Assembly (NCBI GenBank): GCA_027295505.1
Contig: JAPUKU010000056.1
Span: 1 to 56,242, forward strand
Direction: 5' to 3'
DNA length: 56,242 bases
From: Acidobacteriota bacterium
GTDB taxonomy: Bacteria; Acidobacteriota; Polarisedimenticolia; JAPUKU01
Below, piece by piece: positions 1-16,349 of the stretch; positions within the stretch are counted from its first letter, which is position 1; each line of letters starts with the position of its first letter. The position numbers were made by a program, and so were the translations under genes. The notes beneath the pieces were generated by a model, which saw only the letters and a list, made by a program, of their open reading frames with translations, did not search any database and was not told where the DNA came from.

Positions 1-10
1 CGCCGCCCTC

Positions 11-1396
11 ATGCTCTCCAGCCTGAGCCTGGGGGGGTGCATGCCATTCCATCGCCTCAAGATGAAAGAAGTACACCATGATTCGGCGCAGCGGGAGACG
101 CGCAATCCAGTCATCCTCCTGCACGGTTTCATGGGCTCCAAGCTGCACCATGTGCGCACAAAGCGTTCAGCCTGGGGCCGGGTACGCAACCTGTTCTGGA
201 AGAGCAGGGGTGATGACCTGGCTCTGCCCATCGATCAGGAACCCCTCTTGGCCAACCGCGACAATCTGGTGCCGTACGAGATTTGCGACAGCGTAGGCGG
301 CATCGACTTCTACAGCCCGATCGTGCGGGCGCTGCGCGAAGTCGCCGGCTACGATATCGGTGACATCGAACACCCGCATCCCGGCGAGAACCTCTACGTC
401 TTCGCTTACGACTGGCGGCGGGACAACGTCGAGAGTGCCCAGGCACTGGGCGAGGCGATCGAGCGCATCGTCCAGGCCCACGGCCGCCCGGACATGAAAA
501 TCGACCTGTTGGCCCACTCGATGGGCGGCCTGGTGGCGCGCTACTACGTCGCCTACGGAACTGAGGATGTGCTGGATCAGGATCCCCTGCCCGCTCCGTC
601 GTATGCCGGTGCCCACAACATCGACAAGATCATCCTGATCGGCACGCCGAACGAAGGCTCCTTGACGGCGTTCCGGGTCATGCATCTGGGAATTACGCGA
701 TCGCTGTCCCCGGAGGCACTCTTCACGATGCCCTCCATCTACCAGCTCTTCCCCGATCGGGAGGCACGACCCTTTGTCGACGCGGAGGGCAATGTTCTGC
801 CCATCAGCCTGTCAGATGCCGACAACTGGGTCAAATATGGTTGGTCGGCCTACCAGCCTCACATTCTGGCCGAGATGCGCTCCAAGCTCCCCCGGCGGCA
901 TCGCAAGTCGGCGGAATCGTTCCAGAGAATGCGTGAGCAGATGCATGCATTCCTGGGCGCCGCGCTCGAGCGCGCCGATCGATTCCACAATGCGCTGAGC
1001 CAGGCCAACGGCCACCAGGCTGGCATCCGGCTCTACACTTTCGGAAGCGACTGCATCCCCACCCAGGCACGCGCCGTGCTCCAGGAGGAAGGCGGGGTCT
1101 GGAAGCTTGCGTTTTCGGTGGAGGCAGCGCGCACCGATCCCCAGCACACGGACCGGGTCCGCGACCTGCTTTTCATGCCGGGCGACGGCTCGGTCACCCT
1201 GGCCAGCCTCATGGACCAGGACCCCACGGCTCCTCCGGGCTCCAAGCCATCGCTGCCAGTTGAACAGACGGTGTTTCTTTGCGCGCAGCACGGTTTTCTG
1301 ACGCGTAACCCGGTCTTCCAGAACAACCTGTTCCACGTCCTGGCGAACGGGCCGGCACATCCGGAGGGGGAGACGCACCCCCTCGCTTCCCGGTAG
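11..1396 (+). CDS. Lipase/acyltransferase-type alpha/beta hydrolase (LCAT/PGAP1-like), probable lipoprotein; true start may lie upstream of the window
   Basis: HGFMGS oxyanion region, YDWRR, nucleophile elbow AHSMGG, GDGSV and C-terminal His; LSLGGC lipobox-like N-terminus; frame is open to the window edge. Confidence 0.75.
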   Translation: MLSSLSLGGCMPFHRLKMKEVHHDSAQRETRNPVILLHGFMGSKLHHVRTKRSAWGRVRNLFWKSRGDDLALPIDQEPLLANRDNLVPYEICDSVGGIDFYSPIVRALREVAGYDIGDIEHPHPGENLYVFAYDWRRDNVESAQALGEAIERIVQAHGRPDMKIDLLAHSMGGLVARYYVAYGTEDVLDQDPLPAPSYAGAHNIDKIILIGTPNEGSLTAFRVMHLGITRSLSPEALFTMPSIYQLFPDREARPFVDAEGNVLPISLSDADNWVKYGWSAYQPHILAEMRSKLPRRHRKSAESFQRMREQMHAFLGAALERADRFHNALSQANGHQAGIRLYTFGSDCIPTQARAVLQEEGGVWKLAFSVEAARTDPQHTDRVRDLLFMPGDGSVTLASLMDQDPTAPPGSKPSLPVEQTVFLCAQHGFLTRNPVFQNNLFHVLANGPAHPEGETHPLASR

Positions 1397-2752
1397 ATTC
1401 CCGCCCATCGTGATCTACCTCACCTCCATACTCGTGTATCTGGGTGTCCTGGTCATCTTGGCCGCGATACTCAGCCGGCGGGTGCGGAACCAGGACGACT
1501 TCATGGTCGCCGGCCGCAAGCTGGGCGCCGGTGTGCTCGTGGGCACTCTTCTGGCAACCTGGATGGGCTCCGGCAGCCTGCTCGGTGCGGCAGGTCTTGC
1601 GTACCGGGAAGGATTCGCCGCCCTGTGGTTCTCGGCTGGCGCATGGATCGGGATCGGGCTGCTCTATTTCGTGGCGGCTCGTGCCAGGCGCCTGGCGCTG
1701 TTCACGGTTCCGGATCTGCTGGAGCTCCGCTACCACGTGGCCGCGCGCGTCCTCGGCACGATCACCACAGTGGTTGCCTACACGGCCATCACCTCGTATC
1801 AGTTCCGCGCCGGCGGGGCAGTGCTCGCTATGACTACCGGCCTGGATGCGGAGGCTGGAATGATCATCACCGCGCTGTTTGTCATCACCTTCACGGCCCT
1901 GGCCGGGATGCTGTCGGTGGCTTATACCGATCTGGTGAATGGTGCGGTGATGACCGGAGGCATGGTGATCGTCTTTCCGATCCTGTTGAGCAAAGCGGGT
2001 GGCTGGTCAGGGGTAGTCGCCTCCCTGCCCGCATCCCACTTCAGCCTGTTCGGAAATCTCACCTGGGTCGAGGCGATCGCCTACATGCTGCCGGCCATGT
2101 TGTTGCTGCTGGGCGAGGCGAACATGTATCAGCGCTTCTTCTCGGCCCGAAGCGAGTCCACCGCCCGGCGGGCTGTCGCCTTCTGGATTGTCGGTCTTGT
2201 GGGCATCGAGCTTGTGCTGGCCTGCACGGCGATCGTCGGTAGCGCCCTCTACCCAGAGCTGGGCGATCCCTCGGCTGCCGCCGCGGGCGCTCTGCCGATC
2301 GGAGTCAAGAACGCCAGCGAGACCATTCTTCTTTACTCGATCCGCCACGGGCTGCCCGTGGCCCTGGGCTGTCTACTTCTGGCCGCGGCCGTGAGCATGA
2401 TCGTATCAACGGCCGACTCCTTCCTGCTGGTCCCTTCGACCAACCTGGCAAGGGATGTGTATCAGCGCTTCCTGAGGCCCCGGGCGACTCCCCGGGAAAT
2501 TCTCATCGTGTCGCGCGTACTGGTGGTGCTGTTGGGGTTGGCGGCCTACGTACAGCTGCGCTTTTTTTCCGGCATCCTGGAGGCCGCCATGTACGCCTAC
2601 ACGATGTACGGCGCCGGCCTCACGCCGGCGATCCTGGCCGCCTTTTTCTGGAAACGCGCCACGCCGGCCGGGGGCGTGGCCTCGATCGCCGGCGGCATGT
2701 TGGTAACGCTGGGCTGGGAGCTCGGGGGCGGCACGGCAATCGGCCCCACGGT

Positions 2753-8230
<5,478 letters not shown>

Positions 8231-8250
8231 TGGGGTGGGGTGAAACTGTT

Positions 8251-8279
8251 ATGGTATAGTGCGTTTTCTGAAGCGTCAA
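8251..8279 (-). promoter_or_regulatory. sigma70-type promoter of uvrA
   Basis: TTGACG-N17-TACCAT on the minus strand. Confidence 0.55.
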
Positions 8280-8397
8280 GAACGGACTTCCAGCTCATTT
8301 CCGTGTCCTACCTCGCAGTCATCGGTGGCTTGTCGCTCACGCCCCCCGCCGAAAGCCAGGATCCGCAGCCGATCGTGCTCGAACAGGTCGTTAGGCC

Positions 8398-9819
8398 ATG
8401 AGACGCACCAAGATAGTGGCCACGATCGGACCGGCGAGCCGGGAGCTCAAGACATTGCGGGCGCTCATCGAGGCCGGCACCGACGTGGTGCGGCTGAACT
8501 TTTCGCATGGGAAACCCGCTGATCATGCACGCATAATCCAGCGTGTCCGTCGCCTGTCCCGGACGCTGGGGCGACACGTGGCTATCCTCCAGGATCTCCA
8601 GGGACCCAAGATCCGTATCGGCCGCCTGCGGAGCAGCAAGGTGGACATCCGGGCCGGCTCCCGCCTGGTCATCACCTCACGTCGCGTCGTCGGCCACGCC
8701 CGCCTGCTTCCCACGAACTACCGGAAACTACCGCTGGAGGTGAAATCCGGGGATCGTGTTCTTCTGGATGACGGACACATCCAGCTCAGGGTGGTCTCCG
8801 TATCCGGAACCGAGATCCACTGCCGCGCCGTGGAGGGCGGTACTGTACAGGAGGGCAAGGGGATCAACCTGCCTGGCGTGAAACTCTCCGCCCCCGCTCT
8901 CACCGAGAAAGACCGGACCGATGTGCTCATGGGAGCACGGCTCGGGGTGGACTATGTGGCGCTTTCTTTTGTGAGACGAGCCCAGGATCTGCACTCACTG
9001 CGACGCCTGCTGCATGGACAGGGACTGGACACTCCCATCATCGCCAAGATCGAGAAGCCGGAGGCGGTGCAGAACCTGGAAGAGATCCTGCAGGCCGCAG
9101 ACGGTGCCATGGTTGCGCGTGGCGATCTCGGGGTGGAGATGCCTCCGGAGGAGGTACCGCTGGTTCAGAAGCACGTCGTGGAGAGAGGCCGGGTCACGGG
9201 TAAACCGGTGATCACGGCCACCCAGATGCTCGACTCGATGCGATTCAATCCGCGCCCCACCCGGGCCGAGTCCTCAGATGTGGCCAACGCGGTGTTTGAC
9301 GGTGCGGACGCCCTCATGCTGTCTGGAGAGACCGCGGACGGCCGCTACCCGGTGGAGTCGGTGGCCATGATGGAGCGCATCATCCGAAAGGTAGAACCCG
9401 CCGTGCTGCGGAGCGCAGCCGAAGAACCTTTCGAGCAAGGAGTGGAAGTCGCGGAGAGCCTGGCCGATGCGGCCTGCCGCGTCGCGCGCGCCTCGGGAGC
9501 CCGCGGCATCGTAGCCCTGACCGTAACTGGCATGGCCGCGCGATTGATCTCCAGCTTTCGCCCGCCGGTCCCGGTATTCGCGCTGTCACCCGAGGAAAAA
9601 ACAGTGCGTCAGCTGGCCCTGTTCTGGGGAGTGCGCCCGCTGCTGACACGCAGACGGCAGAGCTTCGAGCATCTTCTGGATGAAATGGAGCGGCGTCTCA
9701 CGGCCGAGGGATTGGTCACCGTCGGTGAGTCGGTGGTCGTGCTCACCGGACTGCCGTTCGGCCCCGGAGCGACCACCAACCTCCTCAAAGTCCACCGTAT
9801 CGCACCGGCTCGACGCTGA
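8398..9819 (+). CDS. pyk: Pyruvate kinase
   Basis: RRTKIVATIGPAS, RLNFSHG, DLQGPKIR, IAKIEK, MVARGDLG, ATQMLDSM, PTRAE motifs. Confidence 0.97.
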   Translation: MRRTKIVATIGPASRELKTLRALIEAGTDVVRLNFSHGKPADHARIIQRVRRLSRTLGRHVAILQDLQGPKIRIGRLRSSKVDIRAGSRLVITSRRVVGHARLLPTNYRKLPLEVKSGDRVLLDDGHIQLRVVSVSGTEIHCRAVEGGTVQEGKGINLPGVKLSAPALTEKDRTDVLMGARLGVDYVALSFVRRAQDLHSLRRLLHGQGLDTPIIAKIEKPEAVQNLEEILQAADGAMVARGDLGVEMPPEEVPLVQKHVVERGRVTGKPVITATQMLDSMRFNPRPTRAESSDVANAVFDGADALMLSGETADGRYPVESVAMMERIIRKVEPAVLRSAAEEPFEQGVEVAESLADAACRVARASGARGIVALTVTGMAARLISSFRPPVPVFALSPEEKTVRQLALFWGVRPLLTRRRQSFEHLLDEMERRLTAEGLVTVGESVVVLTGLPFGPGATTNLLKVHRIAPARR

Positions 9820-9828
9820 AGCGACCGT

Positions 9829-11301
9829 TCAGCGGCGGCTGCTGCGGACAGGCGTAGTGTTCATGGAAGCAAGGAAGTCGGCGTTCGTCTTGCTCTTGCG
9901 CATATTATCGAGGAGAAGCTCCATGCTCTCGGCCGGCGAGAGCTGATCCAGCACCTTTCGAAGCACCCAGATCCGCTGCAGATCCGAACTCTCGATCAGC
10001 AACTCCTCCTTGCGGGTGCCCGACCTGGCAATGTCAATGGCCGGGAAGACCCTTCGATCAGCAAGCTTTCGGTCCAGGTTGATCTCCATGTTGCCGGTTC
10101 CCTTGAACTCCTCGAAGATCACGTCGTCCATGCGACTGCCCGTGTCAATCAGGGCCGTGGCCATGATCGTCAAGCTGCCTCCGTCCTCAATGTTACGCGC
10201 CGCGCCGAAGAACCGTTTCGGCCGCTGGAGAGCATTGGCGTCCACACCGCCGGACAGCACCTTGCCGCTCGGCGGCACAATGGTGTTGTAGGCGCGCGCC
10301 AAGCGCGTGATGCTGTCGAGGAGAATTACCACATCGCGTTGGTGCTCCACCAACCGCTTGGCTTTCTCGATCACCATCTCGGCGACCTGTACGTGGCGGG
10401 TGGCGGGCTCGTCAAAGGTTGAAGAGATGACCTCCCCCTTGACGGAGCGTTCCATATCGGTGACTTCTTCCGGGCGTTCGTCGATGAGCAGCACAATGAG
10501 CGCCACTTCGGGGTGGTTGGCGCTGAGACTGTGGGCAATCGCCTGGAGCAACATGGTCTTTCCGGTCCGGGGTGGCGCCACGATGAGCCCGCGTTGCCCC
10601 TTACCGATCGGAGTCAGCAGATCCATGATGCGAGCCGACTGATTCTCGTTGGGGCCCTCCAGCTGGAGGCGTTCCTGCGGATAAAGGGGCGTGAGGTTGT
10701 CGAAGAACACACGCTTCTGCGAGCCCTCAGGTTCCTCGAGGTTCACCGCCTCCACTTTCAGGAGAGCAAAGTAGGACTCGCCCGACTTGGGCGAACGCAC
10801 CTGTCCGGAGACCGTATCGCCTGTGCGAAGGCTAAAGCGGCGTATCTGAGATGGGGAGACGTAGATATCGTCAGGGCTGGGCAGATAGTTGTACTCCGGT
10901 GCGCGCAGGAAGCCGTAGCCGTCTGGCAGCACCTCCAGCACGCCTTCCGAGAAGATGCGCCCCTCACGCTCGGCCTGGGCCTTGAGGACATGGAAGATCA
11001 GATCCTGGCGTCTCACACCGGCCGCTGAGCCGACGCCCAGGTCCTGTGCCACGGCGCTCAGGTCACTCAGGCTCATGTGCTTGAGTTCCTTGAGGTTCAG
11101 TGCACCGTTCTTGGCCTTCGTCGCCGCCTCACCGGGCTTCAGCACCGTCGCTACATCGGCAGAGGCTGCAGGAGTTGCAGGGGCAAGTGCAGGGGCGGAG
11201 GGTAGGCTCCTGTCGGGGGCGGACCGGCTCTGCTCTGCCGCACCCCGCGGGCGTCTCGGGCCCCGACGGTCTGTGTTGGGTCGATTGTCTTCGAACTGAA
11301 T
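9829..11301 (-). CDS. rho: Transcription termination factor Rho; probable ATT start at 11301 (ORF track start is GTG 11145)
   Basis: [50 protein letters not shown]; frame is open back to ATT 11301, 8 nt after AGGAGG. Gene identity is certain, the start is inferred. Confidence 0.93.
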   Translation of the reverse strand: MQFEDNRPNTDRRGPRRPRGAAEQSRSAPDRSLPSAPALAPATPAASADVATVLKPGEAATKAKNGALNLKELKHMSLSDLSAVAQDLGVGSAAGVRRQDLIFHVLKAQAEREGRIFSEGVLEVLPDGYGFLRAPEYNYLPSPDDIYVSPSQIRRFSLRTGDTVSGQVRSPKSGESYFALLKVEAVNLEEPEGSQKRVFFDNLTPLYPQERLQLEGPNENQSARIMDLLTPIGKGQRGLIVAPPRTGKTMLLQAIAHSLSANHPEVALIVLLIDERPEEVTDMERSVKGEVISSTFDEPATRHVQVAEMVIEKAKRLVEHQRDVVILLDSITRLARAYNTIVPPSGKVLSGGVDANALQRPKRFFGAARNIEDGGSLTIMATALIDTGSRMDDVIFEEFKGTGNMEINLDRKLADRRVFPAIDIARSGTRKEELLIESSDLQRIWVLRKVLDQLSPAESMELLLDNMRKSKTNADFLASMNTTPVRSSRR

Positions 11302-11585
11302 GGTCTTATCCTCCTACGGGATTGGGTGGATCTGGGTAACCAGCCCACCCGATTTTGAAGGGTCTGATGTCAAGCAGCGAGAAATGTCATCTCGGTGACG
11401 AAATCACCTCAGTAGGTGCCAGGGAATATGCTTGAAAAAACGATTTTAAGGTTGGAATCGCTTAACGGCGCTCTCGGTGGGCGCGGCCCATACTCTCAAC
11501 ACCTGGTATTCAGGAGCTGAACTTCTCCAATGGCTCTGCTGGGACCGTGCTCGATAAACGCTAAATGAGGGAACCTTCAAAAAGC

Positions 11586-11614
11586 ACTATAAGCATACCG
11601 TCGGGTAATGTCAA
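11586..11614 (-). promoter_or_regulatory. sigma70-type promoter of rho, giving an approximately 280-nt leader
   Basis: TTGACA-N17-TATAGT on the minus strand. Confidence 0.7.
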
Positions 11615-11925
11615 CCCCCAGCACTCCGCCGCGTGCCTGAGAGGTCATGCAACACCTCCCGGTAATCGCGCGCGTTCAGATGCAGGAGAAGAATAGCCGA
11701 ATCCAACGTGTCCCGCCACAACGGCTGTAAATCTGGGCTGCACTGGGGTTTGAGAGCCCGCAAAGTGCGCAGGGCTCTTCCCATTCGCCGGCGGTGCTCC
11801 TGCCGGATCAACCGCAATTGTGCCTGAAACTTGGCAGACGGTGCGCTGGATGCCAGCATTCGCTTCAGCTCCCGCACCTTCACGGCCAGTGTCGGGAACG
11901 GAATGAGAGAGGGTGAGCACTCCAT
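11611..11925 (-). CDS. Hypothetical protein, 104 aa, helical and basic
   Basis: ATG preceded by AGAGAGGG; fills the gap between the deacetylase and the rho promoter. Confidence 0.45.
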   Translation of the reverse strand: MECSPSLIPFPTLAVKVRELKRMLASSAPSAKFQAQLRLIRQEHRRRMGRALRTLRALKPQCSPDLQPLWRDTLDSAILLLHLNARDYREVLHDLSGTRRSAGG

Positions 11926-11963
11926 ACCCTCTCTTTACGGCGACCTCCTCTTGCCGTCAAGGC

Positions 11964-12908
11964 CTATCGCTCCCTTTTCGAGCGCTTGGCGCCCTGGGCC
12001 TGTGAGACCTCCTTGACCCGCGTGGCTACCTCCTCGCCCGTGGCGAACCAAACGGCCGGAAAACCTCTCGTCCAGGCCAGGAACTCATCCAGCATTTTTA
12101 TGCGGGCGGGCCTGCCGATGAACTGAGGATGCAGCGTCAGATTAAAGTATCCTCCCTCCTCATAAGCAGCCTCGAAACCTTCCTTCCATAGAAGCGCCAC
12201 CGAGGCGGCGGATACGAGAGGTTTGTTCCAAGATTCCTCATCGAACCAGAAGTGTGCGGCATCATCCAGCACCCAGGACACCGGCAACTCCACCAACCCC
12301 CGTGGCTCGTGATGCACGTACGGCAGGTCGGAGTCCATCAGGTTGCTCGAGTAAAGGAAGCCTTCCTGGGCCACCAGTCCGAGGGTCGAGTCACTCAGAG
12401 CCCAGGACGGCGCACGATATCCGACCACGGTGGCACCGGTGATCTTTTGGAGCACCTCACGACTTTCGCGCAGCAGGCGTAGTTCCTCGTCCCTCTCCAG
12501 TGCCGACGGCGATTCATGGCGCACACCGTGAGCGCCCAACTCGTGGCCAGCAGCAACGATGGACCTGGCTACCTCGGGATACGTCTCGGCAATCCAGCTG
12601 GGCATGAAGAAGGTCCCCCGCAAGCGGTGACGTTCGAGCAGTTCCAGGATTTTCGGGACAGCGCTCTGCGGCCCGTAGCGGCCATGCGAAAGGGATCCGG
12701 GCGGGGCTTTCTGTGTTGCAGGATCTTCCCACCACACGGTCTCACCATCGACATCGAAGGTGACGGTCAGCGCCGCAATTTTTCCGTCCGGCCACAGAGG
12801 TGCTGCAGGCTCTGGCGCCGCCACCGCCAGGCTCGCGAGGCCCGAAAGAGCACCTGCCACCGCCAGCGGCATCCGTCTGCCTGTCCATCTCACCATCCAG
12901 TCTCGCAT
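11964..12908 (-). CDS. Secreted polysaccharide deacetylase (CE4, PuuE/HpPgdA-like)
   Basis: TFDVD, HGVRHE, GYRAP, YSSNLM, TLHPQ motifs; N-terminal signal peptide; GGAGG SD. Confidence 0.85.
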   Translation of the reverse strand: MRDWMVRWTGRRMPLAVAGALSGLASLAVAAPEPAAPLWPDGKIAALTVTFDVDGETVWWEDPATQKAPPGSLSHGRYGPQSAVPKILELLERHRLRGTFFMPSWIAETYPEVARSIVAAGHELGAHGVRHESPSALERDEELRLLRESREVLQKITGATVVGYRAPSWALSDSTLGLVAQEGFLYSSNLMDSDLPYVHHEPRGLVELPVSWVLDDAAHFWFDEESWNKPLVSAASVALLWKEGFEAAYEEGGYFNLTLHPQFIGRPARIKMLDEFLAWTRGFPAVWFATGEEVATRVKEVSQAQGAKRSKRER

Positions 12909-13005
12909 CTCACCTCCCGGTTGATGCCAGGTTCACCTCGGGTGACGCCCGGCGCATGGTTCTGCTATTATCCTCGCAGATGTTCGAGGTTTTCGTCCGC
13001 ACCTC

Positions 13006-14304
13006 ATGAGATCGCGGGCCCGGCTCCGGCGTCTGCTGCGCGACTGCTCACAGGCAATCGTGCGGGCGCAAAAGCCCATCCGCATCTTGTCGGCCCTGCA
13101 CTGGCCCAACTCGGTGCAGGAGGTGTTCTTCCGTCACCGGGCCCGCAGGCTGCCGCACCACGATTACCCGCCCTTACGGTTCGCCCCCCGGGGAAAGCTA
13201 CGGGAGTTTCAGGATATCCGATCGAAGTTGGATGGTCACGACCCCCTCCAGCGGATCCTGATCGACACCTGCAACTCTTACCTATGCTGTGTGCGAATGC
13301 TTCAGCATATCGGCACCGCCGATTTTTACAAATACTCCCGGGATCTGTATGGATCCTCCAATGACCTGTTCGTGGACGGCCGGACCACGAACCTCGAGCT
13401 CGCTCAACATTTCGACCGGATGCTCGCCGGTTTCACGGGTTCCGACATCGGCGAGCACATTTCTTCGCGCTACTCAGCCGAACAGGCTGCCCAGCTCCTC
13501 CAGCGGCGGCTGCGGCGATACTTCAGGGACTCTCGGGTGAAAGTGCAGGTGTCGAACAAACTCACGGCCAATGCGGCGGCCGGCTCCACCACGATTAAGA
13601 TCAAGCGTGGAAGAATGTTCAGCGGCCGAGCCATCGAGCAACTCGAGCACCACGAGGGGCACGTCCACGTCGGCACGACCATGAACGGGCGGCACCAGCC
13701 AGTTCTCAAGTTTCTCGGCAAGGGCGCGCCCCGAACCACTAAATATCAGGAAGGGCTGGCCGTTTTCAGCGAGTTCATGAGCCAGACCATGGATTTGCAA
13801 CGCCTGCGTTCCCTTACCGACCGCATCATCGCCATCGAGATGGCGGAGCAGGGAGCGGACTTCATCGATCTGTATCATTACTTTCTGGACCGCGGCCATG
13901 GGCCGGAGCAGGCCTTTGACAATGCGCGGCGAGTGACTCGGGGAGGGCTCGTCCAGGGCCACGCGCCCTTCACCAAGGATATCTGTTACCTCGATGGAGT
14001 CATTCGAGTCTGGAACTTCATCCGCGTGGCTATCAAGATGCACCGACCCGAGTTCGTGCGTTTCCTGTTTGTCGGCAAGCTGACCCTCGAAGATGTGCCC
14101 ATTCTCGTTCACAAGAGCCAGGAAGACTTAGTCAACCCGCCGCAACATGTCCCGCCCTGGATCAAGGACATGCATTTCATGGCCGCCTCCATGAGCCTTT
14201 CCACGTTCCTCAACCGGATTCAGCTAGATGCGGTCGAACGGTACTACGATCGGGTCTTCCGCGAGGCTCTCAGCGGCGGAGAGCGCTCCCCCGGCGGTCA
14301 CTGA
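13006..14304 (+). CDS. DUF1704 / QEGLA-motif metallopeptidase (MATCAP-like family)
   Basis: HHEGHVH zinc motif, QEGLA, FTKD..YL.G, LFVGKL. Confidence 0.85.
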   Translation: MRSRARLRRLLRDCSQAIVRAQKPIRILSALHWPNSVQEVFFRHRARRLPHHDYPPLRFAPRGKLREFQDIRSKLDGHDPLQRILIDTCNSYLCCVRMLQHIGTADFYKYSRDLYGSSNDLFVDGRTTNLELAQHFDRMLAGFTGSDIGEHISSRYSAEQAAQLLQRRLRRYFRDSRVKVQVSNKLTANAAAGSTTIKIKRGRMFSGRAIEQLEHHEGHVHVGTTMNGRHQPVLKFLGKGAPRTTKYQEGLAVFSEFMSQTMDLQRLRSLTDRIIAIEMAEQGADFIDLYHYFLDRGHGPEQAFDNARRVTRGGLVQGHAPFTKDICYLDGVIRVWNFIRVAIKMHRPEFVRFLFVGKLTLEDVPILVHKSQEDLVNPPQHVPPWIKDMHFMAASMSLSTFLNRIQLDAVERYYDRVFREALSGGERSPGGH

Positions 14305-14338
14305 GAGGTCGCTGAGCACGGATCGCACGCCGTTCGAC

Positions 14339-16219
14339 CTACTGTGCCATCCGCTCCAGACCCGGATCCGGCCGGTCATCCCTGAACTGCAGTTCGTGGA
14401 GCCGGCGATACAGCCGTCCCTTGCTGAGAAGTTCACTATGGGTTCCCGATTCGACGATGCGCCCGCCGTCCAGCACGATGATGCGGTCAGCACGGCGCAC
14501 GGTTGACAGTCGGTGCGCGATCACGAAGACCGTCCGTTTCCGCATGAGGTTCTCAAACGCCTCCTGTATGCGAGCCTCCGATTCCGCATCCAGCGCGGCG
14601 GTGGCTTCATCCAGGATCAGGATGGGGGCATCGCGGAGAATCGCACGCGCAATCGACAGGCGCTGCCGCTGGCCTGCGGAAAGGCGTGATCCGCCTTCTC
14701 CGATGCGTGTCTCGTACCCCTCCGGTAAGGCTCGGATGAACTCGTCGGCGCAGGCAGCCCGTGCAGCCTCCTCGATCCGCTCCATCGAGGCGTCCGGCGT
14801 CGCGTAGGCGATGTTTCTGCGCACGGTGTCGTCGAACAGCACGGTCTCCTGAGCGACAATGCTGATCTGGTTTCTCAGCGAGAGCAGACGCACATTGCGG
14901 ACATCGTGACCATCGAGTCTAACCTCTCCCGAGGTTGGATCGTAGAAGCGCGGCAGCAGGCTCATCAGAGTAGTCTTCCCCGCCCCGCTGCGCCCCACAA
15001 GGGCCACAACCTGTCCGGCCGGCACCTCGAGGTCGATGCCGCGCAGTGCCTCACAGCGCCCATAGGCAAAGTGCACGTTGCAGAACTCCACGCGCCCCTG
15101 GACGGGAGGCAGATCCGAAAGATCTGGATCTTCGGCGCACTCGGGCGGGAGATCGAGGATGCTGAAGACGCGTCGTGCTGCCGCCAGTCCCTGCTGCATG
15201 CTGTTGTTGAGCCGCGCCAGCCTCTTGGCCGCCAGAAAAAGATAGGCGAGGCTGGCCAGAAAGCCCGGAAGAATTCGCAGATCGAGCTGGCCCAGAGAAG
15301 CCTTCCAGCCCACTCCGATCAGGAACACGACCAGGGCCACCGCGCCGGCCAGATCGATGACGGGGGTGGTCAACGAGTTGAGCTTGACCGCCTTGATAGC
15401 CGGCTGCTGCGCCCGCTCGAGAGCCTTCCGGAACCTCCCGCGCTCGAACTTCTCGGCCCCAAACGCCTTGACCACTCGCACCCCTCCGAGCGTCTCGTTG
15501 AGTACCGCCGACAGTTCAGCCATGCGTTCCTGGCTCTTGCGGCTGGCGCGCTTCAGCTTGCGCCCCAAAAGAACGATGGGCCACACCACCAGCGGCAGGA
15601 TGACGAGAAGCACGAACGACAGGTCCGAATGGAGATAGAACACGAAGACGAGCTGAAATATGAGGATCGATCCGGCCCGCAGCATCTCTGCCATATCTCC
15701 GGAAGCGATCCGCTGTATTCGCCCCACATCTCCCGTGATGCGGGACATGAGGGAGCCTGTCGAATGGAGCGAAAAGAAGCGCGCCGGCTGGCGCAGGACC
15801 TGGTCATAGAGCTGATCACGAAGATCGAGCACGACGTCCAGGCCAATGCGGCGCAGACCGTAGCTGCTCACGTACTCAAACGCTCCCTTGAGGAATATGA
15901 GGACCAGGAGCCACAGTCCCACCCTCACGAACGCCCCGGGGCCGTGCTCGAGCGCGGGCATCTGGGGAATCCAGCCCTGTAACCGTGCCAGCAAATCCCC
16001 TTTGAGCGTTTCCAGGCGGACGGGCGGCGCCCCGGGCACGGGTGCGGCAACTGCAGCGCCCAATGGGGCGGATTCCTCTCCGAGTGCGCCCATCAGGGAG
16101 ATCATCAGGCTGACCAGCAGGACGCTGAGTACTCCCACGAGCAACAGGCTCGCCACGGCCGCCGCCAGACGTCCCAGATGGGGACGGTAGAGGCGCAGGA
16201 GGCGGAGGAAATCACTCAT
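14339..16219 (-). CDS. ABC exporter permease/ATP-binding protein, MsbA-like
   Basis: N-terminal TMD, GRSGAGKT, LSAGQRQR, ILDEAT, IAHRLST. Confidence 0.88.
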   Translation of the reverse strand: MSDFLRLLRLYRPHLGRLAAAVASLLLVGVLSVLLVSLMISLMGALGEESAPLGAAVAAPVPGAPPVRLETLKGDLLARLQGWIPQMPALEHGPGAFVRVGLWLLVLIFLKGAFEYVSSYGLRRIGLDVVLDLRDQLYDQVLRQPARFFSLHSTGSLMSRITGDVGRIQRIASGDMAEMLRAGSILIFQLVFVFYLHSDLSFVLLVILPLVVWPIVLLGRKLKRASRKSQERMAELSAVLNETLGGVRVVKAFGAEKFERGRFRKALERAQQPAIKAVKLNSLTTPVIDLAGAVALVVFLIGVGWKASLGQLDLRILPGFLASLAYLFLAAKRLARLNNSMQQGLAAARRVFSILDLPPECAEDPDLSDLPPVQGRVEFCNVHFAYGRCEALRGIDLEVPAGQVVALVGRSGAGKTTLMSLLPRFYDPTSGEVRLDGHDVRNVRLLSLRNQISIVAQETVLFDDTVRRNIAYATPDASMERIEEAARAACADEFIRALPEGYETRIGEGGSRLSAGQRQRLSIARAILRDAPILILDEATAALDAESEARIQEAFENLMRKRTVFVIAHRLSTVRRADRIIVLDGGRIVESGTHSELLSKGRLYRRLHELQFRDDRPDPGLERMAQ

Positions 16220-16349
16220 GATTTCGGGTTGCGATCAGTTCAGGATGAACTCGTTGGAGCCGGGCTGGCACGACGCCAACCGGTTGCCTCCCAGCATACT
16301 CCGGGGCATGGCCGAACGCACGCCAGCGGTGGAAGAGCCCGGTTTCCGC

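Noticed and set aside
11151-11348. 65-aa ORF upstream of the annotated rho start as a leader peptide
   Set aside because: No SD, low-complexity, and it overlaps the in-frame Rho N-terminal extension.
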